A DNA stretch of 64,000 nucleotides from NCBI GenBank assembly GCA_017503235.1, contig JAFVTL010000141.1, positions 5,277 through 69,276 of the forward strand, in the 5' to 3' direction. The DNA is from Bacteroidaceae bacterium (lineage in GTDB: Bacteria; Bacteroidota; Bacteroidia; Bacteroidales; Bacteroidaceae). The notes under the pieces were generated by a model. The model worked only from the letters and a program-made list of their open reading frames with translations. It did no database searches and was not told the origin of the DNA. A program made the position numbers and the translations under genes. Positions 28,728-39,931 of this stretch are shown here, piece after piece (positions within the stretch are counted from its first letter, which is position 1; every line of letters begins with the position of its first letter).

Positions 28728-30422
28728 TTAGTCTTCCATCAACTTGCGATAGCGTACACGCTTCGGCTCTTCGTTGCCCAGACGCTTCATCTTGTTTTCT
28801 TCGTATTCTGAGTAAGAACCCTGGAAGAAGAACACTTCGCTGTTGCCTTCGAAAGCGAGGATGTGTGTACAGATACGGTCGAGGAACCAACGGTCGTGGC
28901 TGATGACAACCGCACAACCGGCAAAGTTTTCGAGACCTTCTTCGAGTGCACGGAGTGTGTTCACATCAATATCATTGGTCGGTTCGTCGAGGAGGAGTAC
29001 ATTACCTTCTTCCTTCAAGGCCATGGCCAAATGCAGACGGTTACGTTCACCACCCGAGAGCACACCACAGAGCTTTTCCTGGTCGGCACCCGAGAAGTTG
29101 AAGCGACTCAAATAGGCACGGGCATTCACATCGCGGTTACCCATACGAATCAAGTCATTGCCACCGCTCACTACCTGATAAACACTCTTGTTCGGGTCGA
29201 TGTCTTTGTGTTGCTGGTCAACATATGCCAACTTCACGGTTTCACCCACTTCGAAATTACCCTTGTCGATGCTTTCCAAGCCCATAATGAGGCGGAAAAG
29301 GGTTGTCTTACCAGCGCCGTTAGGTCCAATCACACCCACGATGCCGTTCGGAGGAAGCATGAAGTTGAGGTTGTCGAAGAGCAACTTTTCGCCATAAGCT
29401 TTCTGCACACCAATGGCTTCGATGACCTTGTTACCCAAGCGAGGACCATTCGGGATGAAGATTTCGAGCTTTTCTTCTTTTTCTTTTACGTCTTCGTTCA
29501 AGAGCTTATCGTAAGAGTTCAAACGAGCCTTACCCTTCGCCTGACGAGCCTTCGGAGCCATGCGCACCCATTCCAATTCGCGTTCAAGAGTCTTGCGACG
29601 CTTGCTGGCGGTCTTTTCTTCCATTTCCATGCGCTTGGTTTTCTGTTCCAACCAGCTGCTGTAATTGCCCTTCCAAGGAATACCTTCGCCACGGTCAAGT
29701 TCAAGAATCCATCCGGCAATGTTGTCGAGGAAGTAGCGGTCGTGGGTGATACAGATGACGGTACCTTCGTATTGTTGCAAGTGTTGTTCCAGCCAGTCGA
29801 TGGATTCGGCATCGAGGTGGTTGGTCGGTTCGTCAAGCAGTAACACATCGGGCTTCTGCAACAAAAGGCGACAAAGAGCCACACGGCGGCGTTCACCACC
29901 CGAAAGTACCTTCACCGGTTGGTCTTCGGCCGGACAACGGAGAGCGTCCATGGCGCGTTCCAACTTGCTGTCGAGGTTCCATGCATCGGTTGCATCGATG
30001 ATGTCCTGCAATTCTGCCTGACGGGCAAAGAGGGCATCCATCTTGTCCGGATCTTCGTAATATTCCGGAAGACCGAACTTATTGTTGATTTCTTCGTATT
30101 CATTCAAGGCATCCACAATAGGTTGAACGCCTTCCATGACCACCTCCTTAACGGTCTTGGTGTCGTCCAACTGAGGTTCCTGAGCCAAGTAACCTACCGA
30201 GTAACCCGGCGAGAATACTACTTCGCCTTGATAGCTCTTGTCGAGACCGGCGATAATTTTCAGCAAGGTGGACTTACCCGAGCCGTTCAAACCGATGATA
30301 CCAATCTTGGCACCATAAAAGAAAGACAGGTAGATGTTCTTCAAAACTTGCTTGTTCGCTTGGAAGGCTTTGCTGACACCCACCATCGAAAAGATGATTT
30401 TTTTATCGTCTACTGTTGCCAT
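28728..30422 (-). CDS. ettA: Energy-dependent translational throttle ABC-F protein
   Basis: GLNGSGKS, LSGGERRRVALCRLLL, DEPTNHLD, GIPWKGNYSSWL, second GPNGAGKT. Confidence 0.95.
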   Translation of the reverse strand: MATVDDKKIIFSMVGVSKAFQANKQVLKNIYLSFFYGAKIGIIGLNGSGKSTLLKIIAGLDKSYQGEVVFSPGYSVGYLAQEPQLDDTKTVKEVVMEGVQPIVDALNEYEEINNKFGLPEYYEDPDKMDALFARQAELQDIIDATDAWNLDSKLERAMDALRCPAEDQPVKVLSGGERRRVALCRLLLQKPDVLLLDEPTNHLDAESIDWLEQHLQQYEGTVICITHDRYFLDNIAGWILELDRGEGIPWKGNYSSWLEQKTKRMEMEEKTASKRRKTLERELEWVRMAPKARQAKGKARLNSYDKLLNEDVKEKEEKLEIFIPNGPRLGNKVIEAIGVQKAYGEKLLFDNLNFMLPPNGIVGVIGPNGAGKTTLFRLIMGLESIDKGNFEVGETVKLAYVDQQHKDIDPNKSVYQVVSGGNDLIRMGNRDVNARAYLSRFNFSGADQEKLCGVLSGGERNRLHLAMALKEEGNVLLLDEPTNDIDVNTLRALEEGLENFAGCAVVISHDRWFLDRICTHILAFEGNSEVFFFQGSYSEYEENKMKRLGNEEPKRVRYRKLMED

Positions 30423-30437
30423 ATTATTGTTCTTTTT

Positions 30438-30519
30438 TCACCACAGATTAAACAAATTATCACAGACAAAATAATTTATAAAATAAACAATCTGTGTTCA
30501 TCTGTGTAATCTGTGGTGA
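30438..30519. repeat. CACAGAT-type palindromic dispersed repeat, copy 2
   Basis: TCACCACAGATTA...ATCTGTGTTCATCTGTGTAATCTGTGGTGA. Confidence 0.8.
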
Positions 30520-30527
30520 GTTATAAA

Positions 30528-31349
30528 TTAGTATTGTTCATTTTCATTCGGGAAATCACCCTGCTTCACATCTTCCACATACTGGCTGATGGCATTGGTC
30601 ATCACCGTATGTAGGTCGGCATAGCGACGGAGGAAACGAGGACTGAAACCATTGGTCATACCGAGCATATCGGCCACTACAAGTACCTGTCCATCCACAT
30701 TTCCACCAGCTCCGATACCTATCACAGGGATAGTCAGTTCCTTCGAAACACGTTCGGCCAAAGCAGCCGGAATCTTTTCGAGCACAAGGGCGAAACAGCC
30801 GGCATCTTCAAGCATGTGGGCATCGCGCAATAGCTTTTCAGCTTCTTCATCGCTCTTGCCGCGCACAGCATAGGTGCCATATTTGTTGATGGATTGTGGC
30901 ATCAAACCCAGGTGTCCCATCACAGGAATACCCGATGCAATAATCTTCTTCACCGAGTCAATCACCTCTTCTCCACCTTCCAGTTTCAGTGCATCAGCAT
31001 GCGTAATTTTCATAATTTGAATGGCATTGGTCACAGCTTCGTAAGCCGAAGTCTGATAAGTGCCAAACGGCATGTCGACCACTACCAACGCACGCTTCAC
31101 ACCACGCACCACGGCCTTACCATGATAAATCATCTGATCGAGAGTGATGGGCAAAGTGGTAACATTTCCAGCCATCACATTCGAAGCTGAGTCGCCCACC
31201 AGAATCACATCAATGCCTGCTCCGTCAACAATCTGGGCGGTTGTATAATCGTAAGAAGTCAGCATGGAAATCTTTTCACCACGCTGTTTCATTTCTACCA
31301 AACGATGGGTGGTCACCTTGCGCGCATCACCCGACAAATATCCTGCCAT
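30528..31349 (-). CDS. panB: 3-methyl-2-oxobutanoate hydroxymethyltransferase
   Basis: [36 protein letters not shown]. Confidence 0.97.
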   Translation of the reverse strand: MAGYLSGDARKVTTHRLVEMKQRGEKISMLTSYDYTTAQIVDGAGIDVILVGDSASNVMAGNVTTLPITLDQMIYHGKAVVRGVKRALVVVDMPFGTYQTSAYEAVTNAIQIMKITHADALKLEGGEEVIDSVKKIIASGIPVMGHLGLMPQSINKYGTYAVRGKSDEEAEKLLRDAHMLEDAGCFALVLEKIPAALAERVSKELTIPVIGIGAGGNVDGQVLVVADMLGMTNGFSPRFLRRYADLHTVMTNAISQYVEDVKQGDFPNENEQY

Positions 31350-31382
31350 AATCTATCTTTTAATATTGTTTTGTATATGTAT

Positions 31383-32036
31383 TTACTTTGTATCTAACAG
31401 GGATTCAAAATGCTGTACAGTAAAGGCAGTAAAGTCATCCATGACCACATCAGCCTTGTCCAGAATGGCTTCACGAGGGTTTGTAGTACAGAGTCCAACA
31501 ATCTTCATACCGGCTCTTCGAGCTGCTTCCAAACCATGAAAGGAATCCTCGAACACTATGCAATTATCTACCACAGTATCAAACACTTTTGCTCCCATTA
31601 AAAAGCATTCTGGATCGGGTTTTGAACGGGTGAACGAATCGGAAGTCAGGATGCGGTCTACCAATGTCATCAGTTCCGGATGTTCACGATAAACATTGGC
31701 CATCTTCAAGTCGTTCGAACTGGTCACAATAGCTAACTTGATACCATTCGCACGTAAGGATTTCATAAATTCCACCACGCCTGGCATGTAGTCAAACTTC
31801 ATGTGCTTTTCGTATTCGTTGAGGTCACTTACAATCTGTTGTTGGATTTCATCCATCCCTGCAAAATGTCCACCGAATATCTGTCCCAAAGTCTGGCCTT
31901 TGATGCTTCGTCCGAAATCTTCTTTCGACAGGTATTTCCGGCCTTGTTCATCCCAGAAAATCGTGTATTGAGGTTCGGTATCAACCACCACTCCATCGAA
32001 ATCGAACAGCGCAGCCATGCATTTTGTCTTGTCCAT
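31383..32036 (-). CDS. HAD family phosphatase
   Basis: FDFDGVVVDT, VTSS, KPDP, FEDS. Confidence 0.92.
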   Translation of the reverse strand: MDKTKCMAALFDFDGVVVDTEPQYTIFWDEQGRKYLSKEDFGRSIKGQTLGQIFGGHFAGMDEIQQQIVSDLNEYEKHMKFDYMPGVVEFMKSLRANGIKLAIVTSSNDLKMANVYREHPELMTLVDRILTSDSFTRSKPDPECFLMGAKVFDTVVDNCIVFEDSFHGLEAARRAGMKIVGLCTTNPREAILDKADVVMDDFTAFTVQHFESLLDTK

Positions 32037-32131
32037 CTATCTGTCTTATCTATTATGAGTTAAAGGGAGCTCAACCATTGGGCAAACTCCCCTACGTCAA
32101 ATACCCCACAAAGTTAAAAATATTCCTTCAA

Positions 32132-33382
32132 TTATGAAAATAACAGCATGATATTCAAGGCTGATACTATCGCTGCAATGGCATAGAGTACAAAGGTGCT
32201 CCATCGTGAATTGACATAATCACCCATCACACGACGTGAAGAGGTCAATCCTACTTGAAGGAAAACAGTGAAGGGTAACTGCATACTCAAAATCATCTGT
32301 GAAATAATAAGCCCATAGAATGGGTTGTCAATAAAGAATATGATGAGCAAGGCAATACCCAACGAAAGAAGCACTCCGACGCGGGAGTGTATGTCCTTGA
32401 TGTGGTAGGACTCGCCAAAAATGCCGGCAAAGATGGAGCCTGCAGCCATGCCGCTTGTAATGGTAGACGAGATGCCAGCCATGAGCAGAGCCAATGCAAA
32501 AACAATTCCAGCCGACTGGCCAAGCAGTGGGGTAAGAAGTGATTGAGCCTGTTGTAATTCCTCTACAGGAGTACCTGTGCGATGGAAAGTGGAGGCAGCC
32601 AACAGAATCATGGCACTGTTGATGGCCCATCCTACCAACATGGAAAACAGAGTGTCGTAGAATTCATATTTCAGGCGTTTCTTCATCGATGTTTCGTCGC
32701 CCTTGTTGTATTCATGACTCTGAATAACCTCGGAGTGGAGGAAAAGGTTGTGAGGCATCACTACAGCACCTAATACACTCATTATAATGAGCATACTACC
32801 TTCAGGTATGGAGGGGGTAACCCACGAACGGGCTGCAAGCGGCCAATCTATCTCAACAAGAAAGAGTTCATAAAGGAAAGAAAGGCCAATGACAGAAACA
32901 AAAGCGATGATGGCGCGTTCAATCTTCTTGTAGGAATTGGTGAAGAGCATGATGACCACAAAGAGGGTGGTCAGAATAGAACCCCACACTATGGGTATCT
33001 TGAAGAGCATCTCAAGGGCAATCGCACCTCCTAATATCTCAGCAAGTGAGGTAGAGATGGATGCAAGAACGGCACTGGCCAAAATAGGGCGTGAAAGCCA
33101 TTTGGGACAATATTGGGTAGCCGCTTCACTCAAACAAAGTCCGGTCACAATGCCCAAGTGGGCAACATTGTGCTGGAGAATGATCAGCATAATCGTGGAG
33201 AGAGTGACTACCCACAACAGGGAATAGCCAAACTCAGAGCCTGCAGCAAAGTTTGAAGCCCAGTTGCCTGGGTCTATGAAGCCGACAGTAACAAGCAGAC
33301 CTGGACCAATGTATTTGAAGAAGTCCAGACCACCCAAATAGCGCTGGTGCTTCTTGTTCTTGAGCTCTTGGAGAAGGTTCAT
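32132..33382 (-). CDS. Nramp family divalent metal transporter
   Basis: GPGLLVTVGFIDPGNW, GAVVMPHNLFLHS. Confidence 0.93.
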   Translation of the reverse strand: MNLLQELKNKKHQRYLGGLDFFKYIGPGLLVTVGFIDPGNWASNFAAGSEFGYSLLWVVTLSTIMLIILQHNVAHLGIVTGLCLSEAATQYCPKWLSRPILASAVLASISTSLAEILGGAIALEMLFKIPIVWGSILTTLFVVIMLFTNSYKKIERAIIAFVSVIGLSFLYELFLVEIDWPLAARSWVTPSIPEGSMLIIMSVLGAVVMPHNLFLHSEVIQSHEYNKGDETSMKKRLKYEFYDTLFSMLVGWAINSAMILLAASTFHRTGTPVEELQQAQSLLTPLLGQSAGIVFALALLMAGISSTITSGMAAGSIFAGIFGESYHIKDIHSRVGVLLSLGIALLIIFFIDNPFYGLIISQMILSMQLPFTVFLQVGLTSSRRVMGDYVNSRWSTFVLYAIAAIVSALNIMLLFS

Positions 33383-33479
33383 TGGGTTAGAAAAAATTGA
33401 TTAAACCTATTACAACAAAATCCTGTACCCATAAATTGAGTCAAGATATAGGTGTTACTTTAACAAATATCTCTTGCTA

Positions 33480-34739
33480 TTAGTTCCAATTAAAATCAAC
33501 TTGATTCCATCCAGCGGCATCATACCAATCAATGGTTTCATAGTATACATTCCAGTTCGGACGTGTTTCCAAGGGGATGTACATACCCAATCCGCAGAAC
33601 TTGTCGGCCTCGATGCGATAATAAGTTGTATTTTCCAGACAAGTCTTGTGAAGGATAGTTTTGTCAAGCTGGGCACTGAATGATTCAGGTAATATACCAT
33701 CGTTCAATACACTAATGAATTGTCCCATATCAAAGGAAACATACTTAAAACCAGTAGCTGATGTATTCAAACCATAGTGTTGAAGCTTACCGATGGGGTT
33801 ATAGTCAGCAATTACATCCTTGTGAGCAGCAATCTGTTCTTTAATAGCAGATGCCAAACCTTCCATCTGTTTGCAATCTACCAGAGCCATACTTCCCCAT
33901 CCACCTGAATAGTTACGATAATAGTTGACATAAGTATCGCAAACATCCACATAACCAGACACTTCTCCTTCATAAAGCGAAGAAAGCATATGCTGGTAAG
34001 GGAAGCCTGGAGCCGGAACATCAAGTGCAGAAACAATCAGGTAATCAACCACTTCACGGAAGTCATAACACACTTCGACGGTGCCCATCATACAAGCGTC
34101 AAACAGGAGAAAATCGAAATGTAAACCGGCATTCTCAATGGCATCAGCCATGTCAGGGGTTGTAATTGTAAAATCACCAGCTCCATCTTGTCCAAAGGCT
34201 CGTGAAGCCTTATAGCCATAGATGCTATTGAGCCATGCACTGCCGTGTGACCCTGCCACAAAGCCATAGCGATCGATCGGAGCAAACGAAGCCATATCCT
34301 TAAGAATAGCGGTCATGGCTGACTTATCGGTTGACTTCATCGAAGGATAAGATTTCACAGTTTCAGCAAAATCCGCCACCTGACGGATGGTGTACATACT
34401 GTCGCGCGAAGCTACTCCATTGACATTTCCCAATCCATCAGTTTCAAACTTAAGGATACAAGGTGAAGTCTCAAAATATGTATCACTGCCTCCCCCATCC
34501 CAATAAACAAGAAGTGTAGCTCGTTTGTCCATATCGCTCAAGCCTTTGAACATATGCTTGATGTTGTTGCGAAGGTCAGTCTTAATATTTGTATCGGCTA
34601 CCAGATAGACAAACAATGTCAAAGGGGCTTGTTCCACCTCTGGAGTTGGTTCTGGATTTGGCAAAACAGGATCATCATTCTCTCTGTTGCATGCACAAAG
34701 CAGGCATACAGAAAGTAAACATAACAACAATTTCTTCAT
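33480..34739 (-). CDS. Clostripain-family (C11) cysteine peptidase lipoprotein
   Basis: Lipobox LCAC, catalytic SHGSAW and FDACMM. Confidence 0.88.
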   Translation of the reverse strand: MKKLLLCLLSVCLLCACNRENDDPVLPNPEPTPEVEQAPLTLFVYLVADTNIKTDLRNNIKHMFKGLSDMDKRATLLVYWDGGGSDTYFETSPCILKFETDGLGNVNGVASRDSMYTIRQVADFAETVKSYPSMKSTDKSAMTAILKDMASFAPIDRYGFVAGSHGSAWLNSIYGYKASRAFGQDGAGDFTITTPDMADAIENAGLHFDFLLFDACMMGTVEVCYDFREVVDYLIVSALDVPAPGFPYQHMLSSLYEGEVSGYVDVCDTYVNYYRNYSGGWGSMALVDCKQMEGLASAIKEQIAAHKDVIADYNPIGKLQHYGLNTSATGFKYVSFDMGQFISVLNDGILPESFSAQLDKTILHKTCLENTTYYRIEADKFCGLGMYIPLETRPNWNVYYETIDWYDAAGWNQVDFNWN

Positions 34740-35158
34740 TATTCTTCAGCGTCGGGGTTGTAAATAATAGCTTTCTTGAACTTAAAGTCGGCATCCACCT
34801 GACGGAGAATGCTACGGCCACCTTCCTGATATTCTTCTTTCATCTTGCGGATTGTCTTTTCCAATTTCTTCCGATTGGTATCAAAATAGATGAAGCAAGT
34901 GCGATTCTTCATTCCCAGACCTTCCAAAAAACGCTTTAACTGAGTACTATACTGTTGGCGCTCGGGCAAAAGCTTGTCTTTGTCAAGTTCCACACTGTCA
35001 ACTAACTGGATGTCAGTGAAAAAAATCAGCGAATCGGAGAATGAAGCAGAGACGCCTGCCATATATACATCCTTGTTTTTACCCTTGCCCTTGCCGAGAG
35101 TGAACGACGAGCAAAGAAGCACGACGAACAGGGCAACCAACATATTCATTTTCTTCAT
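34739..35158 (-). CDS. Hypothetical exported protein
   Basis: Signal peptide; stop overlaps the clostripain start. Confidence 0.75.
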   Translation of the reverse strand: MKKMNMLVALFVVLLCSSFTLGKGKGKNKDVYMAGVSASFSDSLIFFTDIQLVDSVELDKDKLLPERQQYSTQLKRFLEGLGMKNRTCFIYFDTNRKKLEKTIRKMKEEYQEGGRSILRQVDADFKFKKAIIYNPDAEE

Positions 35159-35184
35159 AATTCTTCGTATTATAATTTATATCT

Positions 35185-35256
35185 TGCAAAGATAGTGAAA
35201 GGTGAGCGAAGAAAAAACAAGTTTACTTGATTTTTTATTCCAAACCGCATCCTATC
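35185..35256 (-). repeat. Promoter-bearing hairpin repeat, copy 1
   Basis: Minus strand GATAGGATGCGGTT...CGCTCACCTTTCACTATCTTTGCA, near-identical to 58224-58293. Confidence 0.85.
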
Positions 35257-35325
35257 GAAGAAAAAAACAAGAGGATGCACTGATGTACACCCTCCTTTTT
35301 CCTGTAAATGGAAACGACTCCTGCC

Positions 35326-36186
35326 TTATCCCAAATAAGACTTGAGCAGCTTACTACGCGAATTAGATCTTAATCTTCTGATGGCTTTTTCCTTAATCTG
35401 GCGGACGCGCTCACGAGTGAGGCCGAATTTGTCGCCGATTTCTTCCAACGTCATTTCTTGCGTGTTAATTCCGAAAAACATTTGGATAATCTCCTTTTCT
35501 CTTTCGGACAGCGTAGACAGTGCTCTGTCGATTTCCCTCGAAAGTGATTCGTTAACCAGCGAGCGGTCGGCCATAGGCGAATCGTCGTTCACCAACACAT
35601 CCAACAAGCTGTTGTCTTCTCCTTCAACAAAAGGAGCATCCACAGAGATGTGACGACCAGAAACCTTCAATGTATCCGAAATCTTGTCCACTGGAATCTC
35701 AAGTTCCTCCGCTAATTCTTCGGGTGACGGACGACGCTCGTTTTCCTGTTCAAACTTTGAAAAGGCCTTGCTAATTTTATTCAGCGAACCTACCTGATTC
35801 AAAGGGAGGCGAACGATACGCGACTGTTCGGCCAAAGCCTGAAGAATGGATTGACGAATCCACCATACGGCGTAACTGATGAACTTGAAACCACGTGTTT
35901 CGTCAAACTTTTCAGCAGCCTTAATCAAACCAAGGTTACCTTCATTGATCAAGTCGGGAAGACTAAGTCCTTGATTTTGATACTGCTTGGCTACAGAAAC
36001 CACAAAACGAAGATTAGCACGTGTCAACTTCTCAAGCGCCACACGGTCGCCCTTTCGGATACGTTGCGCAAGTTCTACTTCTTCTTCGACTGTAATCAGG
36101 TCTTCACGGCCGATTTCCTGCAAATACTTGTCGAGAGAAGCGCTCTCGCGGTTAGTAATACTTTTGGTAATCTTTAATTGTCTCAT
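35326..36186 (-). CDS. rpoD: Primary sigma-70 factor (Bacteroidetes short form)
   Basis: [58 protein letters not shown]. Confidence 0.96.
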   Translation of the reverse strand: MRQLKITKSITNRESASLDKYLQEIGREDLITVEEEVELAQRIRKGDRVALEKLTRANLRFVVSVAKQYQNQGLSLPDLINEGNLGLIKAAEKFDETRGFKFISYAVWWIRQSILQALAEQSRIVRLPLNQVGSLNKISKAFSKFEQENERRPSPEELAEELEIPVDKISDTLKVSGRHISVDAPFVEGEDNSLLDVLVNDDSPMADRSLVNESLSREIDRALSTLSEREKEIIQMFFGINTQEMTLEEIGDKFGLTRERVRQIKEKAIRRLRSNSRSKLLKSYLG

Positions 36187-36377
36187 TACTATAAAACAAA
36201 TTTGGACGCAAAATTACAAAAATAATCGGATAAATAAAAATTAAAAACAAGGTTTTTTCTGTTACTGAGGAAGATACAACAAAGAACCGGTGTATAGTCC
36301 TCATGATTGGAGGTACCATACACCGGTCGTATCCCTATTGTCTAATTATCTAAAGGCTCTTGGCCAGAAACATCTTG

Positions 36378-37904
36378 TCATTCTTCTCCGCCATCCGAGA
36401 GGTCAACCGCATAGTTGGCACGACGTCCTGAAGGGAAAATACCACTAATAAAAAGTACTTGTTCAGTAGAACGTGAAGCTGATTTTACAATTTCTTCCAT
36501 CTGCTCAACAGTCCTTACAGATTGTCCATTTACTTTCAAGATAATGAATCCCTTACGGATACCCGCATCCTTCATCTTTCCATTGGTTACACCAGTCACT
36601 TCAATACCTGAGTTCAAGCGGAACTGGCGGCGCAACTCTTGAGAAATCGGGCGGAATGCAGCACCAAGAACATCCATGTCGGCTTCCTTCACCACCTTGG
36701 TATTTCCTTGTTCGTTCATCAACGTCAATTCAATGTCTTTTTCTTTCTTGTCACGAAGCACTTTCACTGTTATCTTGTCACCAGGACGATACTTAGCCAA
36801 TTCTTCCTGCATGATAGCATAATTCTTCACCCGCTTACCATTTATGCCAATGATGACATCGTCTACCTCTAACTTACCGAATGCCGAGCCGTTTTCAATC
36901 ACTTCTAAAACCCAAACTCCTTCTGTGACTCCCAGCTCTTTAACTTTTTCTTGCAACTTATTCAGAGCAATTCTTTCGTCGTCGTCAACTGAAACACATT
37001 TCACATTCAGCCATGCACGTTGCACGGTACCATATTCTTTCAAATCCGCAACAACCTTGGTCATGATGCTGGTGGGGATGGCAAAGCCGTATCCTGCATA
37101 TGAGCCTGTCGGTGAATAGAGTACGGAGTTGATTCCCACCAATTCGCCACGAGCGTTGACCAAAGCACCCCCACTATTTCCCTGATTAATAGCTGCATCT
37201 GTCTGGATAAACGATTCAACACCATTGTTATACACTCCTAAGGAACGAGCCTTGGCACTGACAATACCAGCAGTTACAGTTGAAGTCATATTAAAAGGAT
37301 TACCAACTGCCAATACCCATTCACCAATCTTCAAGTTGTCAGAGTTGCCAACTGGAATTGTCGGTAGGTCTTCTCCTTCAATTTTAACTAATGCTAAGTC
37401 AGTACTTTCATCAGCACCAATGATTCTTCCCTGAAATTCGCGACCGTCATTAAGCTTCACACTGATGATGTCTGCCTTATCAATCACATGGTTGTTGGTA
37501 ACGATATAACCATCTTTAGATATAATCACACCCGAACCGAAACCAACTCTTTCCGGAGTCTGAACCTGACGCTGTTGACCACCACGATTTCCAAACATAT
37601 CACCAAAGAAATCATAGAAAGGATCGCGAACGGTAACTGTCTCTGTCTTACCTTCTTGAGTAGACTTGATGTGAACTACTGCATGAACAGAACGTTCAGC
37701 CGCACCAGTCAAGTCAACCAATTGTTGGTCGGCTGCATTGAAAGATGCAAGATGCATATTTTCATCCTGAACAAACATTTCATCGAAAGTCAACTGTTGT
37801 TCTTGTTGGGGTTTCATCATATACGAAGCCGTCAATCCAGCTACCCCTGCACTCATGGCAACAACCGCGGTTGCTCCTAATATAAACTTTGTAGTACTTT
37901 TCAT
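36378..37904 (-). CDS. HtrA/DegP family serine protease with PDZ domains
   Basis: GSGVII, TNNHV, TDLAL, IQTDAAINQGNSGGAL. Confidence 0.95.
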   Translation of the reverse strand: MKSTTKFILGATAVVAMSAGVAGLTASYMMKPQQEQQLTFDEMFVQDENMHLASFNAADQQLVDLTGAAERSVHAVVHIKSTQEGKTETVTVRDPFYDFFGDMFGNRGGQQRQVQTPERVGFGSGVIISKDGYIVTNNHVIDKADIISVKLNDGREFQGRIIGADESTDLALVKIEGEDLPTIPVGNSDNLKIGEWVLAVGNPFNMTSTVTAGIVSAKARSLGVYNNGVESFIQTDAAINQGNSGGALVNARGELVGINSVLYSPTGSYAGYGFAIPTSIMTKVVADLKEYGTVQRAWLNVKCVSVDDDERIALNKLQEKVKELGVTEGVWVLEVIENGSAFGKLEVDDVIIGINGKRVKNYAIMQEELAKYRPGDKITVKVLRDKKEKDIELTLMNEQGNTKVVKEADMDVLGAAFRPISQELRRQFRLNSGIEVTGVTNGKMKDAGIRKGFIILKVNGQSVRTVEQMEEIVKSASRSTEQVLFISGIFPSGRRANYAVDLSDGGEE

Positions 37905-38190
37905 AACTTAATTGCTCTTTAATTGTTAAAATTCAGATTGCGTTTAACATTTACACCGCTAATGTATATACAAAAACCATACGATTGAATCACTTGACAG
38001 AGATTTTTGTCCTCTTTTAACATACAATGTCATTCCATTAACAGCGATTAACCGCAACGACTGACAAATTTACATTCATTATAACAGACCTGAAAATATG
38101 TCTGAAGTACTCTTAAGTCGAGCAAGAAAGAAGAAAAAATCTAGATTGAAACATAATTCCGACAAAATTGATTATCTTTGTCGATTAATA

Positions 38191-38582
38191 AAGCAGCCAG
38201 CCGGCTTGTCGCTGATGCCGCAAGGTAGAAGAGGAAAGTCCGGGCAACACAGAGCATCCTACTTCCTAACGGAAAGCTATCTGCGAAGGTAGAGTAATGT
38301 AGAAGAAAATAACCGCCAAGTTTTCTCAACGAGTTCTTCGGAAACTAATGAGATTGCCTGGTAAGGGTGAGAAGGTGGGGTAAGAGCCCACCAGCCACAT
38401 GGTGACATGTTGGGCTGTGCATCTTAGGAGTTGTAAGGTCATGTATACCGGCATTATGAGGGTTGCTCGCCCCACGTCGGAGGGTGGACCGCTAGAGCCT
38501 ATTGGTGACAATGGGTGTAGATAAATGGCAGGCACTGGACAACAATGTTCAGAACAGAACCCGGCTTATAGGCTGACTGTTT
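38191..38582 (+). ncRNA. rnpB: RNase P RNA
   Basis: GAGGAAAGTCCGGGC and AACAGAACCCGGCTTA conserved cores; complementary ends; TATCTTTG promoter at 38173-38180. Confidence 0.95.
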
Positions 38583-38611
38583 TATTTTTCATTTTTTACA
38601 AGGAGGGAAAT

Positions 38612-39931
38612 ATGGGTGATTCCAACATTAATAAGATTGTGAAATTCCTTTCGGTCGACATTTGGAGAGTGACCGATGGTGAAGTAAGTCGCACGCGCGG
38701 TACCTTATATAATATGATTAAGATTGCGACCTTGTCCGTCAAGGAATTTGTTCAAGGAGGAGTCATTACTAAAGCATCCGCACTGACTTATAGCACTCTG
38801 TTAGCCATTATTCCAGCTCTTGCATTACTCTTTGCCATCGCCCGCGGATTTGGCTTTGCCAATTTGTTGGAGACACAAATCAGAGATGGCCTTGCTTCAC
38901 ATGCACAAGCTGCAGAAATTCTTCTTACTTTCGTTGATTCCTATATTAGCCATACCAAGAGTGGCGTGTTTATTGGAGTTGGCTTAATTATGTTGTTCTA
39001 CACGATTCTGTTACTTACTGACAACATTGAAAATACATTCAACTCAATTTGGCAGGTGAAGAAATCGAGGACATTGTATAGAAAGATGACGGATTATTTT
39101 TCCATGATTCTTCTCCTTCCTTTACTCATCATGCTGTCGAGTGGTATATCCATCTACTTAACCACTTTTGTCAAGCACATGGAGGAATTCATTCTACTGG
39201 CGCCAATTGTCAAGTTCTTTGTAAGACTCATTCCATTCGTGCTTACCTGGGCCATGTTCACAGCCCTTTATATCTTTATGCCCAACACAAAAGTGAAGTT
39301 CAAATATGCGATCCTACCGGGCATCATCGCTGGTAGTGCTTTCCAAGCTTTCCAATATTTATATATAGGTAGCCAGATTTGGGTATCGAATTACAATGCC
39401 ATCTATGGTAGTTTCGCAGCCATCCCCATGTTCTTGTTGTGGACTCAGATTTCATGGTGTATCTGCCTTTATGGTGCTCAGTTGTGCTATGTGGCACAAA
39501 ACTTGCGCAATTTCAGTTTCAGTAAGGAAATTGAGGATATCAGCAGAAGATACCACGATTTCCTTTGTGTACTCATCATGTCATTGATATGCAAAAGATT
39601 CCAAACAGAGAGCAAACCCTATACGGCTGAAGAATTGAGTGGAGAACACAAAATTCCTATCCGACTCACTAAAAAGATTCTATACGAGTTGCAAGACTTG
39701 AATATGATAGTTGAAACGATAGCCGAAGAAAAGGAAGAGTCTCTAGGCTATCTTCCTTCTGTAGACATCAACCGTATGAGTGTAAAAATGCTTCTGAGTC
39801 GCCTAGATGAAGCAGGCTCAGAAGCATTCAAAATCGATATCGAACGATATTCAGCTACTTGGACGGCACTGAATAACGCCAAGTCGGAATTCTTTGAAAA
39901 CACTGACAAGATTCTTCTCAAAGACCTTTAA
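38612..39931 (+). CDS. YihY/BrkB family membrane protein with C-terminal HTH
   Basis: ASALTYSTLLAIIP, IENTFNSIW, YNAIYGSFAAIP. The longer ORF start lies inside rnpB. Confidence 0.9.
   Translation: MGDSNINKIVKFLSVDIWRVTDGEVSRTRGTLYNMIKIATLSVKEFVQGGVITKASALTYSTLLAIIPALALLFAIARGFGFANLLETQIRDGLASHAQAAEILLTFVDSYISHTKSGVFIGVGLIMLFYTILLLTDNIENTFNSIWQVKKSRTLYRKMTDYFSMILLLPLLIMLSSGISIYLTTFVKHMEEFILLAPIVKFFVRLIPFVLTWAMFTALYIFMPNTKVKFKYAILPGIIAGSAFQAFQYLYIGSQIWVSNYNAIYGSFAAIPMFLLWTQISWCICLYGAQLCYVAQNLRNFSFSKEIEDISRRYHDFLCVLIMSLICKRFQTESKPYTAEELSGEHKIPIRLTKKILYELQDLNMIVETIAEEKEESLGYLPSVDINRMSVKMLLSRLDEAGSEAFKIDIERYSATWTALNNAKSEFFENTDKILLKDL

Noticed and set aside
28863-29843. 326-aa plus-strand ORF
   Set aside because: Antisense to ettA; codon-bias shadow.
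38525-38611. N-terminal extension of YihY (and similar extensions of rlmH, hisB, MTase, addA)
   Set aside because: Extensions overlap rnpB, neighbouring genes or promoters; downstream ATGs match family N-termini.
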